Source: Camelus ferus
Taxonomy: Eukaryota
Length of the DNA stretch: 64,000 bases
Assembly (NCBI RefSeq): GCF_009834535.1
Contig: NC_045696.1
Span: 92,132,001-92,196,000, forward strand
Direction: 5' to 3'
In this document: positions 1 to 13,915 of the stretch, one piece after another
Numbering within the stretch: the first letter of the stretch is position 1
Layout of the letters: every line of letters begins with the position of its first letter
Made by a program: the position numbers and the translations under genes
The notes under the pieces: generated by a model
Database searches by the model: none
The model's input: the letters and a program-made list of their open reading frames with translations, nothing else
What the model was told of the DNA's origin: nothing

Positions 1-149
1 CCTGCTGCCTGTGACGAGGTGACCACTGACCTCTTACCTGCTTGGACATACTCTGCTGCCATTTCTTTCTTGTTTCAAGAACTCCTTTCCTCCTGCCATG
101 CCAGAACTGGCCCTCCTGTATACAACTAGGTGTGGCTCCTAGATACCAG

Positions 150-584
150 CATCGCCAGATGCCTGACCCAGTGATTCCTTCAGCTTTGGTGACCATGATT
201 CCCCTTTTCTTCAGAAGCCATCAGGAAAACTGCTGTCTCCTCCTCTGGGATCCAGAGCTGTAAAGATGTAAGCCAGGGAGGCATCTGACCAGCTTTCTTT
301 CAGGAAAGTATCCCTGTTGTCCTATGGACAGAATGATACCAACACAGATGAACAGGGATGAGAGATGACAAATAAGTTCTAAAGACATTGTCTGAGACTC
401 TGGATTCAGCAGAGACATAACTTTTTATTTTCCTCAGTTAATAAACTTCTCCCATTCCTTTCTCTCTTCCTCTTTCCATCTTATCTCTATTTTTTATTTA
501 TTCACTTTTTTGTTATTGATTTTTCCTAAGCTTGTTTAAGAAAGGGCTCTGTCACTTACAACCGAAGGAGTTCTGACACAAACA
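150..584 (+). mobile_element. MLT1-family (ERVL-MaLR) solo LTR, decayed
   Basis: MLT1J/K-like blocks (ctctgggatccagagctgtaaagatgtaagcc; aataaacttc; ctctgtcacttacaaccgaaggagttctgacacaaaca). Recognised by eye; 5' edge approximate. Confidence 0.6.
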
Positions 585-819
585 TTTACCTTCCCTTGGA
601 TTTGGCAACCTGATCTTTGCAAGCAATCACTTGGCTTTTGCACGCCAAGCAAGTCTGGAATCTTTCTGGAGAAACTCTTGATTTAGAGGGCATGGATTTA
701 GTCCTTTTCCCTCTGTTTCTGGACATTTTTTGTCCTTATTGGCCAGAAAGTTCTTTCCTCCCTACCATGGAGAGAGTGAGTTCAGACATACATCATTTAT
801 TATTTATAGGCACTAAAAT

Positions 820-1380
820 TTTTGAGAGCATTTTTAATGACATGGGAAAATACTTGTAATATATGACCTCAATTATTTAAGTACATAATAATAGCGAGTC
901 AGAGAAAACTACTAAAAGGAAATTTATCAAAATATTACCAGTGGTTCTATCTGAGCAATAAGATTATGGGTGATTTATATATCACATTTTCTAAGTTTAT
1001 AAATGGATAGGCAATTATTTTGTGATTAGAAAATAATGAGTTTGTAAAATAAACACATAAATTGTGGTACATTCATCCAAAGGACAATTTTGTAGTCATT
1101 AAAAAGAATGTTTTCAAGATATTTCAGGGACTAAAAAATGCTCATAATAGAGCAATTGGAAAGGTAGACAAAACTATATATGTCACTGATCTCAATTCTG
1201 TTAATTATAGATATGCAAACTGATGCATAGGAAACAACTAGAGAAATTGCTTTAAAATATTAATAGATGTTATCTCTGAGCCATGAGATCAGGGTTCATT
1301 TTTGGTTTCTTCTTTAATGTGTGTTTGTGTTTGCCAACTTTCAGAATCAGAATTATTTTATAATCATAATAAAACAGTAA
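820..1380 (+). mobile_element. Ancient L1ME-like 3' fragments
   Basis: AT-rich L1M 3'-end phrases (aaattgtggtacattcat, gtcattaaaaagaatg, gttatctctgag). Confidence 0.5.
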
Positions 1381-1774
1381 AATGTTGCTCCGGTGAAGAA
1401 TAGGTTTGTGAAGTCCACTGGTCCTCACTCCCACCCCTTTGATGTGGGATACTCCATACCTTTCCTCCTTTTCTCCAGATCAGGGGCTGAAGTCCCCTCT
1501 GTCTGTGCTAAAGGAGGTAGTGTTGGGGGTCAATTTCTATTCTGGATGGAGACAGATCTTGTAATCTTTCACCAGGAAAGAATGTCTTCTTGCAGCCAAG
1601 TCTCCCCTGCTTTATCTTCCAATTTAGCTATACAACACACACACACACAGAGGCACGCATGCACGCTTGTATGTTTATAAATAATTAAAGCATAATTTCT
1701 CAGAAAAGGAGGTGCTAAAACATGTAGCAAAAGAAAAAGGAACATTTGCACAACATATTTTGAAGACAACCTAA

Positions 1775-1975
1775 ATACTTTACATATATTTTGTCATTTA
1801 ATCTTTTCAAAATCCCTCTGAGAAAAGTATCATCATTTCCCCCTGATTAATTAGCAAAACAGTCTTAAGAGAGATGCAATAAGTTCCCGAACTTCACACA
1901 ACCAAGTAAGTGGTGGAAGTGGAATTTGACCCAAGGCAGTCTTATTCGAGCACCTGTGCTGTTAACCAATATGAT
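1775..1975 (-). mobile_element. MIR SINE
   Basis: Antisense MIR core (catttaatct...cacacaaccaagtaagtggtggaagtggaatttgacccaaggcagt). Confidence 0.65.
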
Positions 1976-4526
1976 AAACTGTGGCAGTGCACACCGTGAT
2001 TTTCCGTTGAGAATCTGTGAAACCCTTGTAAAAGGCGGTCAGGGAAATGTTTCAGTTCCTTTTCTTTGTTAATGATCTGATTCGGCAGCATTTCTTGACA
2101 TTCATCTGTATAAGAGTCATAACTGACGTACAACAAAATGAAGACTGCTTTGGATCAAGAATTTTAAAAATAATTGTAGAAAAGGCTCAACCACTTGTAC
2201 CTGATCGGCTCTCAGACTTTTAATACACAGTGTTCAGCAGTTGTGCATGTAATTTTAGACACTTCTTCTCCTGCCAGCTAGGCATAGATCTGGGCAGGAA
2301 AAGATGAGGAAGGAGACTACCGTGCTTGCTGTAATGCCCTGGCTACTTTTTCTGGTTCCCTCACTTTGTTCTGTGTGGCTGTGGTATGAAGCAGTTTAAA
2401 GATTACCTCAGTTTTTGTTGGTTAAATAGCAACACTAAGTTTAAGACTCATCTGAAAAAGTGGTCTCCATTTTACCAAAATTATTGCCAGTGTGGTATGA
2501 CTTTTTGAGGCCTCTGATTGGAGCCACCACGGTTTTTACCCTTTGACTCTTTCAAATCTGCTTGAGTGGGCAAAGTTACCCCACAGAGCAGGGCGGGGCG
2601 GTGGAGTCAAGGCAGTTGATTGGAGGGACTCGAAAAGAGAAACTTTCAAGAAGCTGAGGTGTTCAATGGTGCTACTAAATGCTAAAGACAGGGTAAATGG
2701 TTAAAAGCTGAGGGGAAAAGGTTGGCTTTGGCAATTTAGTAGGCTGGTACCGGAGCAGATTTAGGAGAGAGGCAGAAGTATAATTCAGTGTAGTTAGGAA
2801 TGAGTGGGTCGTGAGGAACTGGGTGAGTCTGAGCAGACTTCTTTCTTTGGCAGGGAAGAGCAAGTGGGAAGTTTACACATGTGAAAGAGTTGAGAGAAAG
2901 AGTGTGCATGTGTGTGCACGGATGTACATGCATGTGCGTGGAGGAAGTGAGAAAGCTGAGCAGGATTATAAGTTGAGCAGGAAGAGACACATCAAGGCAA
3001 AAGAGGAAGAAGAACAACTACCATTATACAGAGCTTGCTTTGTTCCAGCCGCCGTGCCAGGGCTTCATAGTGTTTCATTTAATGCACAGAGTAACCGTGA
3101 GAAGAAAATGAGAATCAGAGAAGGTAGGTAATTTGTCTAAGATCACACAGCTATTATTTTGGCAGATTAAACAGACAGATCTTTCCTACTCTAGACACCT
3201 ATAAGTTCTATGCATGGACGAAAAGGAAAAGCAGAAAGGATATTTAGTACAGAAAGGTCTTAGAGGAGGTGGCTGAAGTTGGAATTTAAAAAATATGGTT
3301 TAGTAAGACCGAGGGACATATTTTCCCCAGAGATAAAGAAAGAGGGAATCAAAAAATACTGTAAAAGGGATCAGAACTTAATTTTATTATATTTCTTGGA
3401 TAAAAATAGCCCAGGTAGCTGGTGTAGGAGTCCTGCAAAGTTCCTAGGAGACCATCTATGATTCCATTGGGCCTACAGTGACAGAAGCATACCCTCCTTT
3501 TTTTAAATCCCCATATTGTGTCTGGTTTTGATCATCCCCAAAATGATCTCAAATTGTATACTGTGCCCTTACATGACTGGGTACTCATAGAGCTCTTTCT
3601 TTTACCTGAAATTCCCTTCCTCATCTATTTACCAGTGTGGAGATGGACACTACTAGTTAATTGGCAAACCAGGTGAAGTAAATACTGAGATTGAATGAAT
3701 CCCATTCAAGAATTTGGTCTTATGATTTTTATCTACTTTATTGTTAGATTACATTGGCTGGGGAGTATGCAAAAGAAGAATTTTAAAATAAAGACTCCTA
3801 AAAGATGAGCAACAAATTACAACTGAGCTTTTCTATCATCTAAGCCCTTCCAGATGAAATTCATGACCTACTTTATCTTATATTCTGTTGCCATAGTGCT
3901 TGGGTTAAATGTGTAACTAAAGAAAATTGATTTCCAATGCAAATCTTAATTTTGATTGTGCCCTGCAGTGCTGTGTGGATGAGGAATGTGTGATAAGTCT
4001 CACATTTAGAAGGTTCCAGGGGGAGTTTTGAGTGTTAAGTATTACGGCCTTTATAAGTGGATATTAAGATAATATATTTTCTGTGGATGTGTATCATTTC
4101 TTAAAGAAGTAAGTGACTTTATAAATATCCTTAGGCACAAAAGAAACAGGATCTTCTCTCTGCCTCAGAAACAGTCTCTGATTTATATAGGTCAATCGGT
4201 ATTTCCTAAAAAGGGAAAACAATATTTATCTTGGAAAATAGAAGCTCCAAGCTCAAAGACAAATGCCTGTCCCTCAAATGTTTTAATGCCTCATGGTTTC
4301 AAAATCAATTCCGCAGTAAAGTGCAAATTTAGAATTCTCAGGACCTTATCTATTATTATATATATATAAAATAACTCAGCTGGCAAACTTCTCCTGTCAA
4401 TGGCAGAATATGTGTTTGGTGGGTGGGAGAAAGGGTCTGAAAAAGTCTAAGGACCAACATCCCCTCACATTCTCTACAAAAGGGCATGTTTCTTTCTGAA
4501 TGGTAAGGCTTTATTCATTACACCCA

Positions 4527-5333
4527 TGATATTGTGATTTTAATAAGAAATATATATCTATTCTTCGTCCATTGTTTCTGCACTTTGCTCATAAAACCCA
4601 TGGGGTTTCCTAAGTGTTGAGAGCAAATAGGGTGCCTTTTGTTATGTTAATGACATTACTTTTGGAAAGCCCCTGTGTAACCTAAGGAAGGGGGCTGGTT
4701 GCCATAGGAACCAATCCTAAAGAGAGGGTTGGACCTTTCAGTCTTTCCCACCCCCGACCTCCTGGCAGGAGAGAAGCTGGAAGTTGAATCAATCACCAAC
4801 GCTCAATGATTCAATCAAACGTGCCTATATAATGGGGCCTCCATAGAAACCCAAAAGGACAAGGTTTGCAAAGTTTCCAGATTGGTGAAACAGAATGCTT
4901 TCATGTGCCGGGACCTAGAGTCCTAGAGTTCATGGAGACCGAAGCTCCTGTGTTGGGAACTTTGACCTCTGTGTCTCTTCATCTCACTGTTCAATTCCTA
5001 TTCTTTAATAAATTTGTAATAAATCGATAATTAATGAGTAAGCGGGTTTCCTGAGTTCCATGAGCAGCTCTAGCAAATTAATTGAACCCTAGGAGAGATG
5101 CATGGTAACCTTCAGTTTATAGCCAGTCAGCCAGAAGAACAGGTGACAACCTGGACTTGCAATTGGCATGTGAAGTGGGGGCAGTCTTGTGGGACTGAGC
5201 CCTTAACCTGTGGGATCTGCCCCTATCTCCATGCATATGGTGTTAGAATTGAGTTAAATTTGTGGGACATCTGGTCAGTGACTCAGGGAATTGAGTTAAT
5301 TGCTCAGAGGTGTGGGAAAAAACACGCACATCA
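4527..5333 (+). mobile_element. MER21-family solo LTR (MER21A/B-like)
   Basis: Begins tgatattgtgattttaataagaaatatat. Contains ggggctggttgcc, aataaa, gtttcctgagttc and gcagtcttgtgggactgagcccttaacctgtgggatct, and ends ...catca. Confidence 0.75.
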
Positions 5334-5550
5334 TAACACCTTAATTTTTTCTTTATTGAATACATTTGTCTCCATAAATCTGGCAGTTTATGGTGCAGAT
5401 TAAACCCCAAACATGTTGTGTTTGGCCTCCACCACATTTGTTATTGATTCTGTCTATCCATCTCAGTTTGAGTGCCTTTGGCAAGGTGAGCTTTTCAGTT
5501 TTATTGATCCCACCACTGTCTTAAGCACTATACCAGGCACAGTCTGCTCA

Positions 5551-6410
5551 CTGCGGTTATAAAAGGAAAAAAAACCTATTTCCTCCTACTCTACTCCCAC
5601 CATTTCTGACACCAGACGTATGGGGTTTTCTACACTAAGCTAGTCTCTAATTTTCGGTGTCTTACAATTTAACTCAATTCAGACACTAACTACTGGAGTT
5701 AGCGCAGACCTCAAAGGTTAAGGGCTTCATCCCACAAGACTGCCCCCTATTTCAGACGCCAATCTCAAGTCCCAGGTTGTCACCTGTGCTTCTGACCAAC
5801 TGACTATAAATCAGGGGTTCCCACCATTCCCTCCTTGGGTTTGATCATTTGTGAGATTGGGCCAGAGAATTCAGGAGAGTGCTTTACTTATGATTACTGG
5901 TCTGTTACAAAGTTTACAACTCAGAAACAGCCAATGGAAGAGATGCATGGGGGCAAAGTATGTGGGAAGGTGCACAGAGCTACCAGGCACCCCACCCTCC
6001 CAGCCCCAGCCCAGAGGCCCTGAGAATCCCATTGTTTACAGGTTTTATGGGATTCCATTACACAAGTGTGACTGCTTAAATCACTGGCTACTGATGATTA
6101 AGTCAATTTCCAGCCAGTCACCTTTTCCCCCTCCCTAGAGTAGTGGCAGGTGGGGTAGGGTGGGGTGGGGCGGGGCTGGGCTGAAAGTTCCAACCCTCAC
6201 ATGGTTAATTCCTCTGGCAACCAGCCCCAATTCTCCAAGAGCTAGCGCGTTAGCATAAACAGCTATGGTTGAAATGGGCTAATTATGAAAAACCAGAGAT
6301 GCTTAGTCTCACCCCTATTACTCAGGTAATTCCAAGGATTTTAGGAGGTCTTGTTAGGAAGTGGGGCAGAGACCAAATATACATTTCCTATTATGTCACA
6401 GGTAACTCGC
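5551..6410 (-). mobile_element. MER21-family solo LTR (MER21C-like), antisense
   Basis: Reverse complements of the MER21 blocks (cccacaagactgccccc, caagtcccaggttgtcacct, ggcaaccagcccc). Ends ...atttcctattatgtcaca. Confidence 0.75.
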
Positions 6411-7049
6411 CTGAATCTTGTATGCATTTGATCTTGTTACTTTTGCCTTAAACAGTTTAGGGGAGAGGTGATATCTAAATTGATAAATGATGCTGAGCAA
6501 AATTATTCATCTGTGTTTCCACTGGTTTGTAAAAATGTTTACATTATTTACTTTACTGTATTTCACGTGTTTTGTTTTCATTTTGGGGTGTTTTTGCTTT
6601 ATTGCAGGTGATGGGGGTCTCTTTCAGGCTTACAGAGGGAAATGAGGAAGCCCTGAGGCCTTATGAGCATTTCTCTAATCACCCTTTCTCTAATTTATGG
6701 CTGCTGGTGAGTATGGTGTGTACTTTCCACCTCTTCTTAGTCTGCCCTATTTCTGTATACCTCTGTTAACTGTGTCTCTTTCTAGGATTTTATATTTAAA
6801 CTCCTTGAGACAGAGAATCCACTACAGAAAGCCCAGGCTTGCTCACTGAGGTTTGCTTATGAGTAAGGTGCAGGATCCTACCTGTCCAAGGACGTGCTGG
6901 CCAGAGCTGCTGTTTAACATGATTCTGTGTGGCAACTGGCACACAAAAAAATACCCTTGGCTGCTTGCCCAAAATAGGGCTTTGGAGGGGAGGGGTGCAG
7001 CACTTAGAATCCAAGACACCACTGGTATAGGGGCGACCAAAACTTATTT

Positions 7050-7296
7050 GTAGTTAAGAGCATACATCCTGGAGTCGTACTGCCTGGGGTTCGTATTGTA
7101 GCTTGATTTGACCATTTACTACCTGTGGGATCTTAGGTGAGTTACTGTAATAATCTGTGCCTCAGTTTCATCTGACAAACAGGGATAATAACTATCTCAC
7201 AGTGTTGCTGTAAGGATTAAACTAGATGATACATGTGAAGGGTCTAGCATAGAGCTGGACATAAAACAGAAAGACTCAATAAAGGTTGGTTATTAT
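7050..7296 (+). mobile_element. MIR SINE, near full length
   Basis: gtagttaagagc...tgcctggggttcg...tgtgcctcagtttcatctg...aaggattaaa...ctcaataaaggttggttattat. Confidence 0.75.
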
Positions 7297-9839
7297 AATC
7301 CTAATTATTACAATTGTTATTTGGAAAATTCCAAAGGTATAGTACAGTGCTTTTCACATAGCTTTTAAATCAATATTTGCTGAATGAATACATGAACCAA
7401 TGAATTAATCACACACGACTGCCTGAAGTATGTAGTTTGGCTGAGTAAATCGTCTCTCAGGTGGGACTTTAAAATACTTCACATAGAGTGTTTCACCTCT
7501 TATTTCAAAAAGTGTAAGTGTTTCACCTCTTCTTTCAAAAATTATTTCCATAATGAGACTTACATTTCAAATGGGCTTTTTAACAGAGAGCTTCCTCCCA
7601 CCCCCAGCCCTGAGAGTAGTACCAGATGGTTCATTTGTTATTCTTCATAAGGTCCCAGTGTAAAGCTAGCAGTGGTTTTTGTTATTGGCTAGGTAACTTG
7701 CAGTGTCTGCTACAGCAGGCTATATTAATTTTTAACTTGCCAGATTTTCTTCCACAAAGCCAACAGCAGTGGATGAGAGAAATTTGTTATCTACAGCCAA
7801 AAATATTACTGCTTTAAGTTTTTCTCTTTCTCCTTTTTTCTTCTTCTTTTTTTTTTCATTCTGATAATGTGAAGTGATATAACGGAAATGTTACTCTTGA
7901 AATTCACAGATTAGAAACAGGCTGGTATGGAATCAAGTCCATTTATCTGGTTCCTCCATAGAGTTGAACTATACTGAAAGAGAAAAAATATATCGTAGAT
8001 CTTTGGATACAACCTGTTGCCTACCCTTCCTTTTGTTTTTTTTAGCAGATTATTAGTTCTGCTTGTCCAATGTGCCATGACCATATATACCATATAAAGA
8101 TGATCCTTAGATCTTGCTGTTCTTCAAAAGGAACTTGATTGCATTTGTATAAAAAGACACTGCTCCAGTACTTCAAGTGTGCTACCACCTTCATGATCCT
8201 CACTGTTACATCACTCTATCATAAGCACTATTGCTTATCATAGTTCTTTAACTTACCCCAAACATTATAAGTTCCTACTATTTTAGATTCCCTTCTATTT
8301 AAATTTATTATCTTTAGTTTTTATTCTTGGTTTACATAGTGTGTTAATTTTTATCTACTTAATGTTTCAAACTTTTATCTTTTTGTTTGAATCTTTTTCT
8401 CAGGTGTAATTCTTTTTCACTTCATCATTATTGTTTCTTATTTTCTTCCTCTTTTTTTTCTAGATATCTTGTTGATTTTTGTCCCTTTTGATCTTACAGT
8501 TCTCTGATTTTATCTTTTATTTTCTTTTTATATCCTTGGTTTATAAACAGCAAGCAAGAAATATACAGAGACAGATCCAAAAGGTTTTGCCGATGAAATG
8601 GTCACATATGGAGAGGGAAAGGAAGAAATTAGTGTTGAAATCTAACATTTTAGCCCTAGCAAATGGGTGAAAAAGGATATGAATTACTAAGGTAGGAAAA
8701 ACAGGAGTATTTCATAAGAGAAATAAAAGTTTAAAAAACAAAGAGAGAGAGACATTAAATGCAGATTTTTAAAATACTTTTAGTTTTCTGAAAAATTCAC
8801 TAGATGGTCTATTTTTTCACTCATTTGGCTGTGACTGGTGAAAACCTCTGGCTTTGGGGAATACTTGCTGTAGGTAATCAAAGGATTTATAATGCAGGAA
8901 AACTCATTGTGGTATCTATATAGAGAATAGGTTGAAAAAGCTTGAAGACAGAAAGCTCCATTAGAATGGAAGCTGTGGAGGTCGATTACAATTTGGATAA
9001 GGTGGGAAAGACAGATCTGTAAGTCTGTTGATAAGGAAGCTGGATGTTGAGGACCTTTCGTCTGATGTCAGTAGATGAGAGAAGCCTTTGTCAAGAGTGA
9101 AGTGGCTGAGCATTATTTTTTGAAGAAAAAGTGATAAATTGATGAGTTAAAAATGTTATCTAGTTGTTTTACTGGGCATACTCAATTTTCTGAGCTTCAG
9201 AGGAGGCCTCTCTAGCCAACATATTGTTTTTACTTAGTATTATTTTCTTTAGCATGGCTTTGGAGACCACATTATTTCAACGAAATCTTTAAATAAAAGT
9301 GGAGTAATTTGTAAATGTATTGGTCACATGTTAAATAATTTTTGTTCAACAATAAGACCATAAGTTACATCTAAGTAAGAGTGCCTTCTTATTTTTCGTA
9401 CAAAGTTACCCTGTTATTTTGTTGAAAAGAGCCCACTCCCCGAAGACCAGCATTATTTATTGGTCTTTCACCCTCAAAGCTGTCCCCGTTTTGCATTTTG
9501 TGCTGCAAAATGGGGACAATGATGGGCATATCATAGGTTTTTGAGGATCTTTAACGGAATGATGGATGTGTAAAGAAGGGGCTCTACACATATTAGCCAT
9601 ACTTATCTTTCTCCTCTTCCTCTTCCAATGCCCCAGTTCTGGGTACACACAGAGCAGGCTAACCACTCGCTTCTTGAATGAATGACCGTATGACTCGGGG
9701 CCAGAAGAGCTTCTTAACTTTGCAACTTCAGTGACTTGGAAAGTAAGAGTCTTATCAGCATCTGTGAAGTGGAATGTCAATAAAGTTTTGTTTATTTTAA
9801 AAAAGCACCCAGTAAACTACAAAGCCCAGCTTTCCCCTG

Positions 9840-10570
<731 letters not shown>

Positions 10571-11515
10571 AGAGCCCACACCCGGGTTAAGATCTTCTGG
10601 TGCTAATAACACATACATATCGCCTGCTATTTGCTTTTTTACCCCCCACGCAACTATCATTTGCTGTTATGAAACCTTAAACTTACTTCATTGCTTATTT
10701 TGGAAAAACTCGTTATGAATTAAGGTGGAGACAGGTGCTCATTAACCCTAGCATGGAATTACAAGTGTAACTTGAGGAAAACCGCTTCACACTGAACTTC
10801 ATTTTCCTAATTTGACCAGAGCGGTTGGGCCAGTGCCAACGGCCCACAGTCTGCCATGTTTAAACTTTTTAATAATCCTGTTAGGGCAATTCTAGAATTC
10901 TGACTTGGATGGAAAACCTTTGCAGACTTGGTGGCTAAGGTGGTTTTAGAGCTCAGAGTTCCCGAATGTGAATTTCCTCTTAACTGCATAGCTGCACTGT
11001 GGTTGGGCCATCAAATCTAGATGTATTTTTTTTTTTTCGGCCTTATAAACGCAGCGTGCAGTTCGCGTGCTGTGGAGCCTTAGGTTTCACTGGCCGCACT
11101 TAGCACAGCCTTGATTTCAGATACCAGCCACGTCAGCATGTCAGCTCTCATTTGGGACCGCACGTGGCGTTTTGGGGTGGACTGTAATTAGCGTCATAGT
11201 ACCCTGAAGAATGGAATTGGAAGTCCGAATCGTGATTTTGTTGAGCTAGAGTTGTTCCCATTTTAGAAGAAGCAGAAATCTCATCATGGGCTAGTAATAG
11301 GAAAGTTAATGTTTTCCAGACGTTCCGAACTGGAAAAACTTGAGACTGACTTTTTACTGGATGTCACAGATCTGCAGTTCCACTTACACTGTATGGGATT
11401 CCCTAATCTGGGCTGTATTTTACCAAGTTTAGCTGTAATTAATTCAGCAAGCCTTTGTAACTGGATGGTAATGTTTTGTTCCTTTTTGTACCCTCCCCCC
11501 TTTATCTTAATTCAG

Positions 11516-11642
11516 GGTTATATTGGCGAATATGGCATATGGATCTCGTTCAGTCTGCTGTTCTGTATAGTGTGATGACCCTAGTAAGCACTTACTTGGT
11601 AGCCTTTGCATACAAAAATGTGAAATTTGTTCTCAAGCACAA
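11516..11642 (+). CDS. SSR3: TRAP gamma, coding exon 2
   Basis: Acceptor ttcag|. Encodes (W)[41 protein letters not shown](K). 127 nt; donor GTAAGT. Confidence 0.98.
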
Positions 11643-13719
11643 GTAAGTATATTTCTTAAGTGAAAGTTTTTATGTATTGTATTTTTATATGGTAGGATGT
11701 CTTCTTAAAGACTATTTGTGTATGTGTTGATTTCAGGGAGCATTTATTTGGGGTATATATGTATGTATATTTTGGGGGGAAGGCATATTAATGGCATGAA
11801 GGAGTAGCAACTAACCGAAAAGCAGAGACAGTGCTTCTAACCCTGCTGTGGAAGTGGATATTGAGGGTGAAATTAGAGCACTTATGTACTAGCCTTTGTC
11901 ATGGGGTTCAGGAAAACAAACCCACCAAGTAAATTAACATTTCAGAAGCCAAATGTTATTCTTCTGGAAAGAATTGTTCTGGGATCTCTATGTAGTATTT
12001 TTGGATGTGAAAGAAGTGGTCTTTTTTTCCTTTTATTCAACTCTGATATTTTTAATGGTAATTACATATTCTTGTGAGTATACGAAAATGTAAAAGCTTA
12101 CAATATTTCCTCTTTTAAGATCACACATATAAAATATATCATTATTTTAAACAATAGCTTTTGGAGAAGAAAACTCCAGCCTCAGCACAGTAAATTTATA
12201 CATTAATTGTAATCAGTTATCCACTCTGGTTTCATAAAGGTTAAAGTCGGGGAACCATCTGGATGTAAGGAAAGGTGGTAATATTCATTGTTTCATAGTG
12301 CCATGGTCCCATGTGAAGCGGGTATAAATTAATGTTCAGTTGGAAAAGGTGCCTTTTGAGGTTGCTTTCAGGCACACTTTGATACTTGATTCAGGATAGC
12401 TGGATATTTCTTGGCTTCAGTGGGGCCTTCTTGGTGCTCTGTTTCTTTGGAAGTACTTTCTTAAGGGCAGTTGAAATTTTGCTGAGACTTGAAGTACCAG
12501 TGTGCTTTGTGTGCACATTGTCTTTTCATTTCCACACTTCCTACTCTTGGGACAGTCTGTGCTTTGATTTCTGTAGCAGTCTCCATCGAGTGTCTTCAAA
12601 ACAAAAGCTTAGGGCCCTGCTTGCCATGCATTTGGTAAAGCACATTACTATGCATCATCCATACATCAGCCATATGAGGTGCAGGAATTATTCTTGTTTT
12701 ATGGATAAAGAACATGTATTCATTCTATCTGCCTTCATCTTATCCTGTCACTCTCCCAACAACTCATCATGGCCTTCTCTTCTCTAAATGCGTTAAAGCC
12801 AAATTCGTCCAGGCCCTTGGAATGCAAGTCCTCTGCCTCCTACCAGTTTGGCCCCGTCTTTCAGGATTGTGCCTCAGCTCTTCTGACTCAGCCTTCGGGT
12901 CATCCTTTGAACATGACTTGTCCCTTCCCTCATTTAGAATCATCTCCCTTTCTTACCCTTCTTACATGTCTTATTGCAAGACTTAGGAATCTTTTCCAGA
13001 GAAATCCTTCCTGTCTTTATTGTTCCTGTTCTGGTGATGAGGAGTAGAAACACCTTGAGATCATCTCCGTTAACAGGGGTTTATTGTAAGGAGGCCAGAA
13101 GTTGCCTCAGCAGCTAAAAGGGGCTTCAGGAGCTTCTCCACTGTCGTTCTGGTCCCTTAGGAGTCCAGGTGGTGCGTGACTGTTGCTAGAGCAGCTAAAT
13201 CCTGGTGGTCTTGGTGGTCTTCCTGCTTGGCAGCCCCTCTTCACCAACTGCCATTCCAGGATTCAGCCTGTCTTGGCCTCTGCTGTCCTGGGCTGTCTGT
13301 CTTATGAGGCATGGTCGCCTGTGGGTAGCGAGGCCCTCAGAGGTGGGCATTTTGCATGACCCATCCTCTGTGATCCCCTTGGAACTCAGCCCCTTTGGGA
13401 CATACCATTTTTCACTCACCTTTTTGGAGTCAAAATCATGTTCTTTTTCCTCATTTCTACTTCCGGCTTCTTGAGGACACTTGCCACATCTTTTGTTTAT
13501 TTCCCTTACCATAGTTAATGGTGCATTTAATTTAGTTCAGTAAGATTTCAGTGACCTACTGACAATGGATGCTATGAGTGGACTTTTTAGTCATAGTTTT
13601 GGTGTAATACTAAGTTACATCATCAAAACTCCTACAGTTTGTCAGTATTATTAAGGCTTCAAGACCCAGCAAGATGCTGAGTGTGGGTAGGTATTGGCAG
13701 TAGAGAGAAAATGGCTGCA

Positions 13720-13915
13720 GAGTCAACAGTCTGGACTCCAGTCCCAGCTCTGCTGCTCTTAAGTGCAGAGCCTTGGGCATGTGTTTTACCTTTTCACATG
13801 TCAGATTCCTGAGCTATAAAATGGGGATACCAGTGGTACCTCGTAGGATGTGAGGATTAAACACGATAGATGCGACGTGGTAAGCATGGTGTCTGACACG
13901 TAATAAATGTTTGTG
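13720..13915 (+). mobile_element. MIR SINE in SSR3 intron 2
   Basis: ctggactccagtcccagctctgc...ccttgggca...ataaaatggggata...gaggattaa...taataaatgttt. Confidence 0.7.

Noticed and set aside
12386-12787. 133-aa ORF in SSR3 intron 2 as a possible cassette exon
   Set aside because: No recognisable homology, and I could not assign convincing splice sites.
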